From the human T2T-CHM13v2.0 reference genome, Homo sapiens: a stretch of DNA of 64,000 nucleotides. Position 1 is the stretch's first letter. Each line of letters opens with the position of its first letter. Under the pieces are notes generated by a model. That model worked only from the letters and a program-made list of their open reading frames with translations. It did no database searches and was not told the DNA's origin. The stretch is taken from assembly GCF_009914755.1 (NCBI RefSeq), contig NC_060936.1; one strand, written 5' to 3'. Positions 19,513 through 33,904 of the stretch are shown in pieces. A program made the position numbers and the translations under genes.

Positions 19513-20795
19513 TGCATCCGGTTGGGCTGAACTTCGTGGCGTTTATTTTTTGCCCAGATTAACCAATTTATCTTTCCCACAATTTACAAAAAAGGAACAT
19601 GCCCTAGAAACAGGTCAGTTCATGGTGAGGCACAATTATCTAAGAAGGTCACCTTTAAAAGTATTTGAATAAAACTTGGTATCTGTAGGTACAGAGACTG
19701 GTCTTTTGCCATCTGTCTCCATAGCTGTCATTTATTTTTTCCCCCTTTTGTATAACTGGGCTATTTCATTAGACTTAATGCCCACTGAAAGTAACAGCTG
19801 CCAAGTGCTATTGTTGCTTCACATGGTTCTTGACAGCATTGTGAGCTCATTTTTTCACCTGCTGCCAAGCTAAAGAATGATCAGAATTTGCTTTTTGTTT
19901 TGTTCCAGCCTTGGTGTTTATAAATATGAAAAGAGGCGTAGTGTAGATTCAGGGCGAAGTCAGTTTTTTAAATGATGTGAAGGCTGACTTTGCATGCGAA
20001 TGAGAAATTGTGGGCAGGATGCCTGGCAAAGGAGGCCAGGCAGGGAGGTGTCACCACTGGCTTGGTTGCCTGGTCCTGTGAAACACCTCTGTCCATAAGT
20101 AAGCTCTTGGGTATCTGACACCCTCCGGAAATACCCCTAAACTCTAGGACCTCAGCAAGGAGGAACTTACAGAGCCCAGTTGGCTCTGCAAGAAGTCAAC
20201 CATCTCCTAGTTCTGCTCTAACTTTAGGTACTGGTTCTAGCAATGTAACTGAGTCCTAATATTACTCCTCTGACCTTAGATTTCCCCTGATATTCCAGTT
20301 CTTCTTCCAAGATTGAGTGCTGGCCAGGGCCCTATCCCTTCAAACAGGGACAGGGATCCTACTCTTGACCGTCAGCTCTGTGGCTGGGACCTTGCTAATT
20401 CATGCCAGAATTTTCTGATGCCACCAGTGGTTTGCCACAAAATTCTGTGTTATTGTATTCTTCCTAATTTCCTGAACCTACACCTCTTGATGACTGGTTT
20501 AGGTAACCGCCCATCACCTGTCTCTTCCTTACACTCACTAGAGCTGTGTTTAGCCAGCCTGCCTGAAAGCCCATTCCAATTTGGTTCAGCACCATGGACC
20601 AGGAGTAGTTATAGGTCCTGGACCCCCTAGAAGTTTTTTTGCCAGTGCGTATCAAGTGTCAATTTTGACATGGGCCCCTACCCAAGTCTGTCACTAGTTA
20701 TATGACTCTGGATAAATATCATAACCGAGAAGCCACACCCCATGTTACCTATAGGGACCAGGTGATAAGATAGATCAGTCCAACTGGCTGGGGAT

Positions 20796-20980
20796 CTGGG
20801 TGCAATGGCTCACACCGGTAGTCCCACATACTCTGGAGGCAGAGGTGGGAGGATCACTTGAGCACAGGAGTTCAAGGCTGCAGTGAGCTATGATCACATC
20901 ACTGCACTCCAGCCTGGGCCATAGATCAAGACCCTGTCTCTAAAATAAAAAACAAATGAATAAAATAAAAAATAAAAACC
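20796..20980 (+). mobile_element. FRAM/FAM Alu monomer
   Basis: Single right-arm-type monomer, A tail, TSD aactggctggg(g/t)at. Confidence 0.85.
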
Positions 20981-21029
20981 AAACTGGCTGGGTATGGGAC
21001 ACAATAAACTAGATTGTCATCTTCATTAA

Positions 21030-21240
21030 GCCCTGGATGGTTATTGTGATGCCAGACTATGGGCCTCTTGTTGCCAGGTCTCCAGATTTTCAAAAGAAGT
21101 TAGAAAACCAGGTGCACATGTGTGTGTGCATGTGTGCATGCATGCCATCTTCTGGTTTTTCAGTCTTCACAATGAATTCATACTCTAACTGAGACTGTGC
21201 AGGCCAAGTTTGGCCTTTGAGTTGCCAGTCTGCAAGTGCT
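21030..21240. mobile_element. hAT-Charlie MER102-like fragment
   Basis: ttgccaggtctccagattttcaaaagaagttagaaa...actgtgcaggcc...tttggcctttgagttgccagtctgcaa. Confidence 0.55.
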
Positions 21241-21244
21241 TCAT

Positions 21245-21342
21245 CATGACCTCTCTGTGCCACAGATCCTCCTCTGTGAAAAAGGGGATGCTTTTCTGCA
21301 TAAAATGTAGGATTCCCTACAGCTCTGACATCTTTGTGATTC
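21245..21342 (+). mobile_element. MIR/MIR3-type fragment
   Basis: acctctctgtgccacagatcctcctctgtgaaaa...cagctctgacatctttgtgattc. Confidence 0.5.
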
Positions 21343-22064
21343 AGTGACTCCTTTCCTTGACTTATCTCTAGCCCTTTGGGGACTTCCCTGGCATGGGTGT
21401 TCTTTTGGAAATTGGTAATATACTGCCATACTAGGTCAGTCTCCCTTCTCCTCTCTCTGTCCATTCTCCCTGAAGCTCCTGAATGCCTCAGGAAGATTTC
21501 TAAAAAGCTGTTCTAGCCGCAGCTTGGTAATGGATACTCTAAAAGTTGTTCTCCATGGCTTGGTAGTCCAGTTTACTTAATGCGCTTGCTTTTTTATGAT
21601 AAACTTGTGGGTTTGTTCCGGGTGACTCTATTCTATTTCATGGACACAGAATGCATCCTTCTCTCCCCAGCTACATCTCTAATGCTGTCTGTTGAGAGGA
21701 AGAGTCTGAACAGCAAAAATCTATCATAGCGACCAGGGAAACCACTAAACATTGTTTTGAGAATTGAGATTACTCACTTTTCTGGGTTCTGGCCTGTGGG
21801 ATTAAGGCATTGAGCTTTATGGTCACTAGTGTAAAAGAAAAACCTGAGCACACTTCAGAATGAGAGGATGTTAGAATGGAACTCCTCCTGCCTCTGTTTA
21901 AATGGAGGGGACGCTATGATAGATGTCAGATACCAAAGTGAGTGAGACAGGCACTCCCTCTCCCAATTAGAACATTTAAGAGGAAATGTCTTCAAGAATC
22001 TGTTCCACCGTCCTTGAACTGCACCAAAAGATCAAGATAGACAGAAAGGCTGGGGTGGGGTGGG

Positions 22065-22504
22065 TGTAGTGGATATTGCTGATACCCCTTCAGAGCACTT
22101 TGACCCGTGGCCCTACCCTCTCCCACCCACCAGCTCCTGAGAGTTTGTCTCCTACAATTCTCAGCCACCCCCTTCTCTGGCGAATTGCACATTGTCAGAC
22201 AACCTTGGCCCGCAAAACTTAATCCTACTAGCAGGAGGAAATAAACTGAATTCCTTGCCCCAAAGTAGGACGGTGTTTGTGATGTGCTTTGGGCTGCAGA
22301 ATTTTCCCTGTGGGATGAGACTTAAGCTAGTCTCTAGCTGGGGTCTTGCTTGGTCTGCAAGTGCTGGACCCCCGATCCCCACCACCTTTCCCCCCACTTT
22401 ATCCTTTTCTTCATTCCACTTCTAATGAGAACACTTCCTCAGTAAGTCACTTAAACAAGAATCCTCACTTCAAGCTCTGCTTCTAGGGAGACTGACCTAA
22501 GACA
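22065..22504 (+). mobile_element. LTR16-family (ERVL) solo LTR
   Basis: tgtagtggatattg start; ...aagaatcctcacttcaagctctgcttctagggagactgacctaagaca end. Confidence 0.8.
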
Positions 22505-22930
22505 GAGGAGGTGCACCTGCTGGAGAGTGGTGGTATACCTTGAAGACAGGGACTTCATGGCAACTACAGGCAGAGCTTTAAGTGCTCCCTGCAACCAAGA
22601 GAGAAAAACGGCTAGTCCCTCACTCAGGCTTGAGGAAGGAAAAGTGAACTGTGAATGGTGTCTTGAAGCTCTAGAGGCAACTGCCTCAATGGTGGAACCA
22701 GCAGTGTGCTGCTGCCTAGAGATGTGCCTGACTCCATATGGTAGGGAGATAAGGGATCCAGGAGTGTCTCATGGGCCAGTGTGGGCCAAGAAGAGCAGTG
22801 TGGGTGTTAAAACATTATTCATGATGCTTGGTAAGATGGTAAGGAAGACTGTATTTAAGGGAGGCCATAGCGACATGGATTGGGACCACAGAAATGGGGT
22901 CTTGTAGTGGGGGAGAGAGAATGGACTTGA

Positions 22931-23445
22931 TTTCCCTTCCTTCCTTCCTTCTTTCCTTCCTTCCTTCTTCCTTTCCTTCCTTCCTTCTTCTCTTCCTTCC
23001 TTCTTTCCTTCCTTCCTTCATTCTTTCCTTCTTTCCTTCCTCTCTTTCTCTCTTTTTCTCTCTTTCTCCCTTTCTCTTTCTTTCTCCCTTCCTTCCTTTC
23101 TCCCTTCTTATCCTCTCTTTTCTTTTTTCTTTTCTATTTTCTTTTCTTTTCTTTTCTTTTCCTTTCCTTTCTTTTCGACAGTCTTGTTCTGTTGCCCAGG
23201 CTGGAGGACAGTAGGGAGATCATGACTCACTGAAGCCTCGAACTCCCCGGGCTCAGGTGATTCTCCCACCTCAGCCTCCCGAGTAGCTGGGACTACAGGT
23301 GCATGCCACCACTCCTGGCTAACTTTTGTGGAGATGGGGTTTGGCTATATTGCCCAGGCTGATTCCAAACTCCTGGGCTCAAGCAATTCACCTGTCTTAG
23401 CCTCCTAAAGTGCTGGGATTACAAGCATGATCCACTGAGCCCAGA
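22931..23445 (-). mobile_element. AluJ whose tail expanded into ~245 bp of (CCTT)n/(CTTT)n
   Basis: Antisense AluJ at 23176-23445 preceded by a pyrimidine tract. Confidence 0.9.
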
Positions 23446-23597
23446 CTTCGGCTTGACTTTAATTCCAACAAGGACAAGTGGGGATTTATAGCCACGGAGC
23501 AGGATAGGAGTCAGTGGATGGAAAGTGACTAAGAGGAGAGATCAGGTTTAAGGGAGATTCTTGCTAGATGGACTCAACAGAATTCTTGCTGAAGGTA

Positions 23598-23776
23598 TAC
23601 TGGGTGCAGTGGCTCCCACCTATAGTCCCACCTATTTGGGAGGCTGAGGATTGAGGATCACTTGAGGCCAGGAGTTCAAGACTGTATTGTGCCATGATTA
23701 CACCTATGCATAGCCACTGCATCCCAGCCTGGGCTACATAGAGAGACCCTGTCTTAAAAAAGAAAAAGAAAAAAAA
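23598..23776 (+). mobile_element. FRAM/FAM monomer
   Basis: Monomer, A tail, TSD attcttgct(g/t)aagg. Confidence 0.85.
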
Positions 23777-24056
23777 GTATTCTTGCTTAAGGCAGGCCAG
23801 GGTAAGATATTGAAGGTGGTCAGATACCCAGTGTGGAGAATTTTCACTAACCTGACTTAGCAGGATTCTTCCTCTAACTGGATTCTACAAAGACAGAGAA
23901 GGAAACCCAAGGTCTGGCCTAGTCAGAAAAGACCCAAGGCAGCCTGACTCAAGCTTGGCCAAAGAAGAGAGCCTTTGTCAGGAGCTCTTTTTGTCAACTA
24001 GGCTGCCTGGAGGGGCCTATGTATCTTGAGGTGAAGAAAGTGTCACAAATGGCCAT

Positions 24057-24902
<846 letters not shown>

Positions 24903-25019
24903 CCACCCAAAGGAGAGCATGATCAGCCCAGGTCAAGGGAAGAGCAAGAAACTCTGAAGAACCCATGAAATCTCCCATGAGAAAAGAATCAACTGCTACC
25001 CTCTCTTGTTCTCATCCAA

Positions 25020-25420
25020 GGTTTCCCACTTCAACCATTACCAAGTTCAGCCAAGTAACAGTGTCATATTTTCTTCCTTTTCCTCCCTCTCCCTATTTTG
25101 ACCCCAGCCAGAGAGAAATCACAGGTGGCACAGGTGAGCTGGGAGAAAAGAGAGAACGGAAGGATCACAAACTCCTTCCACATGCAGGCTTTCGACACAA
25201 GCCCAGGCTGGAGAAGAGGTGATGGTTTAGCCCTGATCTCACGTTTGGATTTTTTATTATTATGTGAGACCAACTATATTAACTTTCTAAAATAGGATTG
25301 TTTTACAACTAAAAGTGACTAACACTGAGAGTGGCCCAAGACTCTCCATGAACAAGAAAAGTTTGTCTCCACTGATAAGAGTTTAAAATGATGGAGCAAG
25401 ACAAATATAGTGTTTGGATC
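25020..25420 (+). mobile_element. Possible ancient Gypsy-type LTR (MamGypLTR-like) remnant
   Basis: tttggattttt...aaaagtgact...gcccaagact...gagtttaaaa...agacaaatatag motif order; weak match. Confidence 0.3.
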
Positions 25421-25919
25421 ACATTCTATGGGTCATGCTTGTACAACATATGGTTACATAAGCACAGAGCAGCAGGGACTTCCCACCGCTTCCCTAAGAG
25501 AAGCCCTGTACTGATTCTGTCAGCTGCATTCTCAGCCTTGGCTCCTGGGATAAAAATGTCTATTGGATGAGGATCTGAAACATCAGATTCTGAAACTTTT
25601 TGTCTGGGAAAGTGCCAGGTGACTCAGAGCTGCGTAATGTAACGAAATGAGTCAGATCATCTCTCAATGTGCTCTAAATGAATCTGCTGTCTTTAAAATG
25701 GTGGCAGCCTTTCTCCATGGTCCTGGTTGGAAATAAGTACGTTCATTTATTCATTCATGTTTGAGCAGCTATCAGGTACTGAAGATTAAAAAAACAATGA
25801 AACACAGGCATAAGCTGCAATGATACAATCTGCTTTGTGCTCTTCTTTTAGTGCAGAGGAGGAAATGACTCTAACAGAGATGGTAATTAAAATGAGGCTT
25901 GATCAGGAACTGCTAAAAT

Positions 25920-26093
25920 TGGTAGATCTCAACCTCACTGGTGTGTTTGGAATCACCTGAGGTTCCTTGAAAATACCATCTTTTACCCTTGAGAGATTCT
26001 GATTCATTGGTTTGGGCTTCTGTTTGGGCATCAAAATTTATTTAAAAAATTCCCCAGATAATTCTAATGTGCAGTCAAGATTGTGAACCCTTG
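25920..26093. mobile_element. MER5 (hAT-Charlie)
   Basis: ttggaatcacctgagg...gagattctgattcattggtttggg...ccccagataattctaatgtgcagtcaagattg. Confidence 0.8.
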
Positions 26094-27117
26094 CCTACAT
26101 AAACATAACAAATCTAAGTACCAAGGTGCCAAGATGATAATAGGTGTATTAACATTTTATTTTTATATGAATTAGACATTTTCAGCTTATGAAATGAAAG
26201 CCAGGGATAAATATTTTAATGTGTGCATGAGCCTTTGACAATCTTTTGTATTCCTCTTCAGATATCTAATTTATTAATAAAAGAAACACTAGCACATGTT
26301 ACCACCTATCAGAGAGCACATTTTTTCCAATGATCTTTATAGATTATCATTTTTCACTTTTCTGTAAAATCTGTTTTTACTAATAGACTCTGGTCTTGAA
26401 CTAGTCTATAAAAACAAAGTTCATACATTAAAATGTTGAGTAGAATATTAATAAGACATATCTATTAGTTCATAAGAAACAATCTTTTAATTTTTCTTGG
26501 AGGTTTCAGTATCTCTGATGCAATAGTAGAGGCTGCCTTAAAAACTAAAATAATATTCATTTCTGCTGGATCTTTGAGTAAAATATAAAAGAAAAAAAGA
26601 AAAAAGAAAATCAAATAATAATATACAAGATGCCAAAACTTCAAATTAATTCGCCAGCTTGCTCCTGGGTGTCAGTTATAGAAAGAAAAGATGAAAAAAA
26701 TTCCAAGATTTTATACAAATTTACTATATGTTTTTGTTTTAAAAATCATATTAGAACTAAAGGTGAAAATTAGTCAGTTGTAACTTCCGGGTCCATCACT
26801 AGCCATGTAATTTGTTTTATACTCTGAAGGCAAATGTCCAGTGTGAAATAATACCAGGTACTTACCTCAGGTAACTTCAATTGTTTAAAAACACCCACAC
26901 CCACACGCACCAATGTCCATGTGGTAGCCACATGTGGGAGTGATTCTTGCCTATTCCATCAGTAACATTTAGAAGGGGTAGAAAATTGATGTTTTTTCCT
27001 TTTTATATCATTACGTACATTGTCTTCAAAGTATTTTTTAAGTTCTCTAAATCAATTTTTTCTACCCATCTCTCTCTTTAAAGTGGTCTTTTCTTTCTGA
27101 TTTTTTGTTTCCCAGTC

Positions 27118-27478
<361 letters not shown>

Positions 27479-29257
27479 TCCCAGTCTTTCTTTCTATTAA
27501 TCAAACTGTATTCTCAGTGATAATAGTGGCCCCTCCACTCACTTAGTCCAATCTTTCATTCATTAATCCACTATTTGTGATATGACAATTAATTCTATTA
27601 TAATCAAATGTCCTGCTGCAGATAATGGCTTGTGACATCAAAATTTTGGAAAGAAAAGACTTGTTGATTTCTTTACTGATAGATTGAGTATCTTGCTTCA
27701 TATTCCAACTCTCTTTGAGCAGAGTTTAATCAACAGGGCAACTTCTTGGTATATAACAAAACCCGACGCTAGTGTCCCTGGGCAGTCTCTCTTACCTGCC
27801 ACCTTCTCTTCACCCCCACTTCTCACTAGTCCCTTTCACCAGGTGGCTGGGAACCTGTGATAAACCAGAGTAAAATGCTTAACTACATTAGGAGGTTGAA
27901 GAATCTGCATCATAAACTGTTCTGTTTTCAGCAGGTATTTCTTTTTAAAATTCTTTCCGCCATTCTTTTTTGCCTTCCCCTCTTTACTCCCATTGTCTTA
28001 TTCTTCTATGTATGTTTTTTTTGTTTGTTTTCTTCCTTCCTCTTTCATCCATCTCCTGTACCAACCTATGTCACAGCCAGAGATCTTCGGGCATTATTGA
28101 CCGTCACCAGTAGCCCCAATGCCTTCTGAGAAGTCCCTCGCCTGTCAGTTCTTTCAGCACAAATTAATGGAGGGCTGAGACACTTAAAGATGTAAGTCCT
28201 GAAAGTCACAGGGGTGCCAGGGGGAAGCTATGCTCTGTGAAATGTGACCACAAAAGGATGCAATGGATTTTCGTCACAGTCGTTTCTGAGACTGTTTCAA
28301 AAGTGAATATCCCAGGATGTTTGAGGTATTGGTATAAAAGCTGGAGCCCCTCAAGGCCACTATTTTGAAATAAACAGTACTAATTTGCATGTGTGTCAGA
28401 AGGAAAAGAATTAATGTGTGGAGGTTCCCTGTCATTCCCTTTCTTCTTGTGCCAAAGAGAATTCTGAGTTGTTCTATTTGGCTTTCTGCCCCATCCCCAA
28501 GGTAGATCTTAGATCTTTTTGATGGAGAACAGGGAGATAAGGGGAAAGAGAAGAGAAACACTACCTCAGAGAAGAGTTTTCCTAGAAATTGATAAGATGT
28601 GAAGCAGTAGCTGCTGCAATGAGGGAGGAAGTACAGGAGAGGGGAGGAGGATGACGATGGGCAATGTTCATATCTCCCTTTGTGGTCTTGGTATCTCCTT
28701 CAAAGTATTCAGGAAATGCAAGTAAAGAATGTAAATTATTAAAAAATTTCTTTGACTGTGACACTGCCCTGAGGCTGAGCAGAGAGATGGCTCCATAAAT
28801 TGAATAGATCTTTGCTAAACCAACTAAATAACCCTGATTTCTACTCTGGTTGATGAAATCCAGTCTTGTTCCATTATCATTACACCTTGTATATAACATG
28901 GGTGACACAAGCCACAGCTCATCAGACCAAGGACAGACATTTACAGGTCTTTGGTTGATTCTTGTCCTTGAAGTCTTCAGGACATGGGGTGCTCCTTGCT
29001 ATTTCTTACTTGCCACAAGTGGAAATGGTTTCTTAATAATTATTCCAGAAAATTCTCACAATCCCATAAAGGAAGAGTAATACTGATACAATTTCACTCA
29101 TCTATCACCATTATGTATGCTAAAAAATAAAAGAAAGAAAGTTTTAAACCATGACTGTCACAAACCTCTTTTGTCATTAAAAAAGCACTGTTATGAAAAT
29201 CAACATTGTATATCATGTTCTTCAGTCCAGTGCTTTGTCACTGAAAGGCAGTTGCCA

Positions 29258-29461
29258 GCCTGGGCAACACAGCAAGACCCCATCTCTGCAAAAAATATAA
29301 AAACTAGGCAGGCTTGGGAGGCTGAGGTTTGAGGATCACTTGAGCCCAGCAAATTGAGGCTCAGTTAGCTATGATTGTGCCTGTGATTGTGACTGGGCGA
29401 CACACAAGCCTGGGCAACACAGCAAGACCCTGTCCCTGTCTCAAAAAAAGAAAAAAGAAAA
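29258..29461 (+). mobile_element. 5'-truncated, internally rearranged AluJ
   Basis: Perfect 15-bp TSD GAAAGGCAGTTGCCA at 29243-29257 and 29462-29476. Confidence 0.88.
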
Positions 29462-30084
29462 GAAAGGCAGTTGCCAAAATATTTACCATAGTGTGGCAAT
29501 AAAATAATCCAAGTGTTCTCTACCATGGGAGTGAGTTGGTAAGATATCTAATACTGGTAAAGTAGATTCCAGATTGTCCCTAACGAGTGTCCTCCCCCTC
29601 CTCACCTCTGTCTCCCCAGTTTTCAGGCAAGTCTGGAGGCCTAGTGGGGTCTAGTTTTATAAGTGACCAAGGAACTCCCAAGGTAGAAAGAACTCATCCT
29701 AAGGCACCAAAGAAGCAGACAAGTTGGATTTAAGGACAACAGCAAGTCAGAGGGGAGGGGTGATTCTGAGTCTCACACAGGATCTGTCATTTAGATTTTA
29801 CTTTAGATTCCTATCTGAGCCCTAGAGTAAGAGAAGATTGAAAAAAAAAGTGAGTAATCCACTAAAAGAGCTTTTGAGCAGATGCAGCATCCTCATGCAG
29901 TTTCTGTTGTTTTGGGCACAGCAGGAGGCAGCACCTTTAGCTCACACAACAGGGTCCTTGACATCTGGCACCGCTGTAGGCTTTGTTGGAGACCAGGAGC
30001 ACTGCTAATACCTTTGTCTTTTTGGTGGAGGCAGCAAAGAGAGGACACATCACACAGCAAGCCCCTGGAAAAGGAGGAGGAAAT

Positions 30085-30383
30085 GGCCGGGCGCAGTGTT
30101 TCACACCTGTAATCCCAGCACTTTGGGAGGCCGAGGTAGGCAGATCACCTGAGGTCAGGAGTTCAAGACCAGCCTGGCCAACATGGCAAAACCCCATCTC
30201 TACTAAAAAATGCAAAAATTAGCTGGGCGTGGTGGCAGGCTCCTATAATCCCAGCTAGTCGGGAGGCTGAGGCAGGAAGAATTGCTGAACCTGGGAGGTG
30301 GAGGTTACAGTAAGCCAAGATCGCGCCACTGCGCTCCAGACAGAGCGAGACTCCATCTCAAAAAACAAACAAACAAACAAAAA
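30085..30383 (+). mobile_element. AluS
   Basis: Dimer with (AAAC)n tail; small 3' deletion. Confidence 0.95.
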
Positions 30384-30439
30384 CCCTGGAGGAAATGATG
30401 GATGAGTTGAGAAGCAGAAGGAACAATTCCCCTCAGACA

Positions 30440-31670
<1,231 letters not shown>

Positions 31671-31671
31671 A

Positions 31672-31755
31672 ATAATAATGCACATTGGGTTCTTATTCTG
31701 TGCCAGGCACTCTGCTCACTTATACATTATTTTATTTAATCCTTACAACAACCTT
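31672..31755 (-). mobile_element. MIR, left part (continues at 32830)
   Basis: tgtgccaggcactctgct...atttaatccttacaacaacc. Confidence 0.75.
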
Positions 31756-31768
31756 ACTAAATGGGTTG

Positions 31769-32230
31769 GACACATCAGTCCAACCTTTGCCTTGTCTTCC
31801 CGTGGTCTTCTTCCCCATGTCTCTCTGTGTCTTCTCTATTGCTAGACAGGGGTAATAGACAAGGTTCACACAGAACAATGCAACTTACTGTAGATATTTC
31901 AAGCAGAAATAAATTAACACAAGGGATTGCTAATTTGGCACCCACTGTGGCTGCCTGACCTCCTTCACGCTCTGGAGCTCCACTGACACATCCTCAAGGT
32001 AATGTCATTTCCCATTCTTGGAAGAAGAGCTCTGATTTCCCTGACTCTCCCTCTCCAGCTTGGTTTTAGTGACAATCAAGAACAATCCCTGTAAGGGAGC
32101 TGTCACTTCTACTCAGACATTTCTCCCAAAGAGTGACAACTTAACTTGGGTTCTTTCCCCTCTTGCTTGTGAATTCTAGGCACAATGGTACATATTTTAA
32201 GGGAGGGAGAAAGCAGAAATCCTAGCAGAA
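31769..32230. other. Composite locally templated insertion (inverted copy of 35451-35525 plus direct copy of 33905-34288)
   Basis: Manual alignment; 13-bp direct repeat ACTAAATGGGTTG at 31756-31768 and 32231-32243. Confidence 0.88.
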
Positions 32231-32238
32231 ACTAAATG

Positions 32239-32289
32239 GGTTGTGGTAAGGATTAAATAAAATAATGTATAAATGAACAGAGTGCCTGG
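32239..32289 (+). repeat. Inverted copy of MIR segment 31703-31753
   Basis: 48/51 identical to the reverse complement of 31703-31753. Confidence 0.92.
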
Positions 32290-32291
32290 AG

Positions 32292-32829
32292 TGTCAGGAG
32301 TCCTCAAACCAAACCAATTTCAATGATTCACTAGAAGTACACGCAAGACTCAGGATATAGTCTTACTCAAGGCTAAGATTTATTACAGTAAAGAGTACAA
32401 AGTAAAATCAGCAAAGAGAAAAAGCACATGGGGTAAAGTCTGGAGGAAACCAGGTGCAAGCTTCAAAAGTCCTGAGTCAGGTAGGATGTGCTTAATTCCT
32501 CCAGCAACTTATTGTGACAACACGTGTGAAATGTTGTCTATCAGGGAAGCTCATTAGGGCCTCAGTGCACAGGGTTTTCACCAGGGGCTGGTCATGTGGG
32601 CACTCTCTGTCTAGCATGTACCAAAATGCTAGACATGTACCAAAAAACAGGTGTTCAGCATAAATCGCAGTTTTACAAACAGTCTAGGCACGATAAGCCT
32701 CTCTTATCATTTAGGGAATAGTAGGAACCCTCATCAAATCTAAGTTACCAGACACCAGGCAAGGGTCAACCCTGCCATCAGGCCTTTCTGAGAATAGTAG
32801 TCTTGGGCCTGCTATGTAAACTTCTCACA
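32292..32829 (-). mobile_element. MER21-family solo LTR
   Basis: tgtcaggagtcctcaa...gatttattacag...cctgctatgtaaacttctcaca; TSD ggag/gtag. Confidence 0.8.
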
Positions 32830-32960
32830 GTAGGTACGCTGTTATCCCCACTTTGTAGATGAAGACAAAGGAGGCTTAGAGTAGTCAACTAGTTACTTAG
32901 CTGGCAAATGGTGGCACTGAGATGTAAACACAGGTTTATCTGAATCCCAAGCCTGTGCAA
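32830..32960 (-). mobile_element. MIR, right part
   Basis: gtaggtacgctgttatccccactttgtagatgaag resumes the MIR broken at ~31755. Confidence 0.7.
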
Positions 32961-33053
32961 TAACCTGTGAATTATAATACACTGAAATTTTATTTAAAAA
33001 ATTTGAGAGTTACTACATTTCAGTCAAATAAGTAGGTATATTCAGAGAAGTGA

Positions 33054-33383
<330 letters not shown>

Positions 33384-33481
33384 TTTTTTTCTTTAAATCA
33401 TTGTTTGAACTTCTTTTTAACTTAAGCTTGGTAAGCCTAGGAAATGCAAATCATATTTAATGAATGCAGGAAACTTTGTCA

Positions 33482-33862
<381 letters not shown>

Positions 33863-33904
33863 TTACAAGAGATCAGGGAGACAGTATTTGTCCCAGATCC
33901 TGGA

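Larger units (their letters stand above)
22805..23980 (-). mobile_element. MER31-like ERV1 solo LTR, interrupted by an AluJ and a FRAM
   Basis: tgttaaaacattattc...aagtggggatttatagcca...gagagcctttgtca. Confidence 0.75.

Noticed and set aside
20400-20760. Possible ERVL internal (gag/pro) remnant, FDMGP-like peptide
   Set aside because: Only a few residues of similarity with stops nearby; cannot be supported without a search.
22815-23214. EGRK-rich and FLPS-rich ORFs
   Set aside because: Translations of the (CCTT)n microsatellite.
26783-26867. ETS motif ACTTCCGG and a perfect minus-strand donor AG|GTAAGT
   Set aside because: No matching acceptor, ORF or promoter context; single short motifs are expected by chance.
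31769-32230. Interpretation as a DNA transposon with 51-bp TIRs
   Set aside because: The inverted arms are MIR sequence, the direct repeat lies inside rather than outside the arms, and the interior is copied from local DNA.
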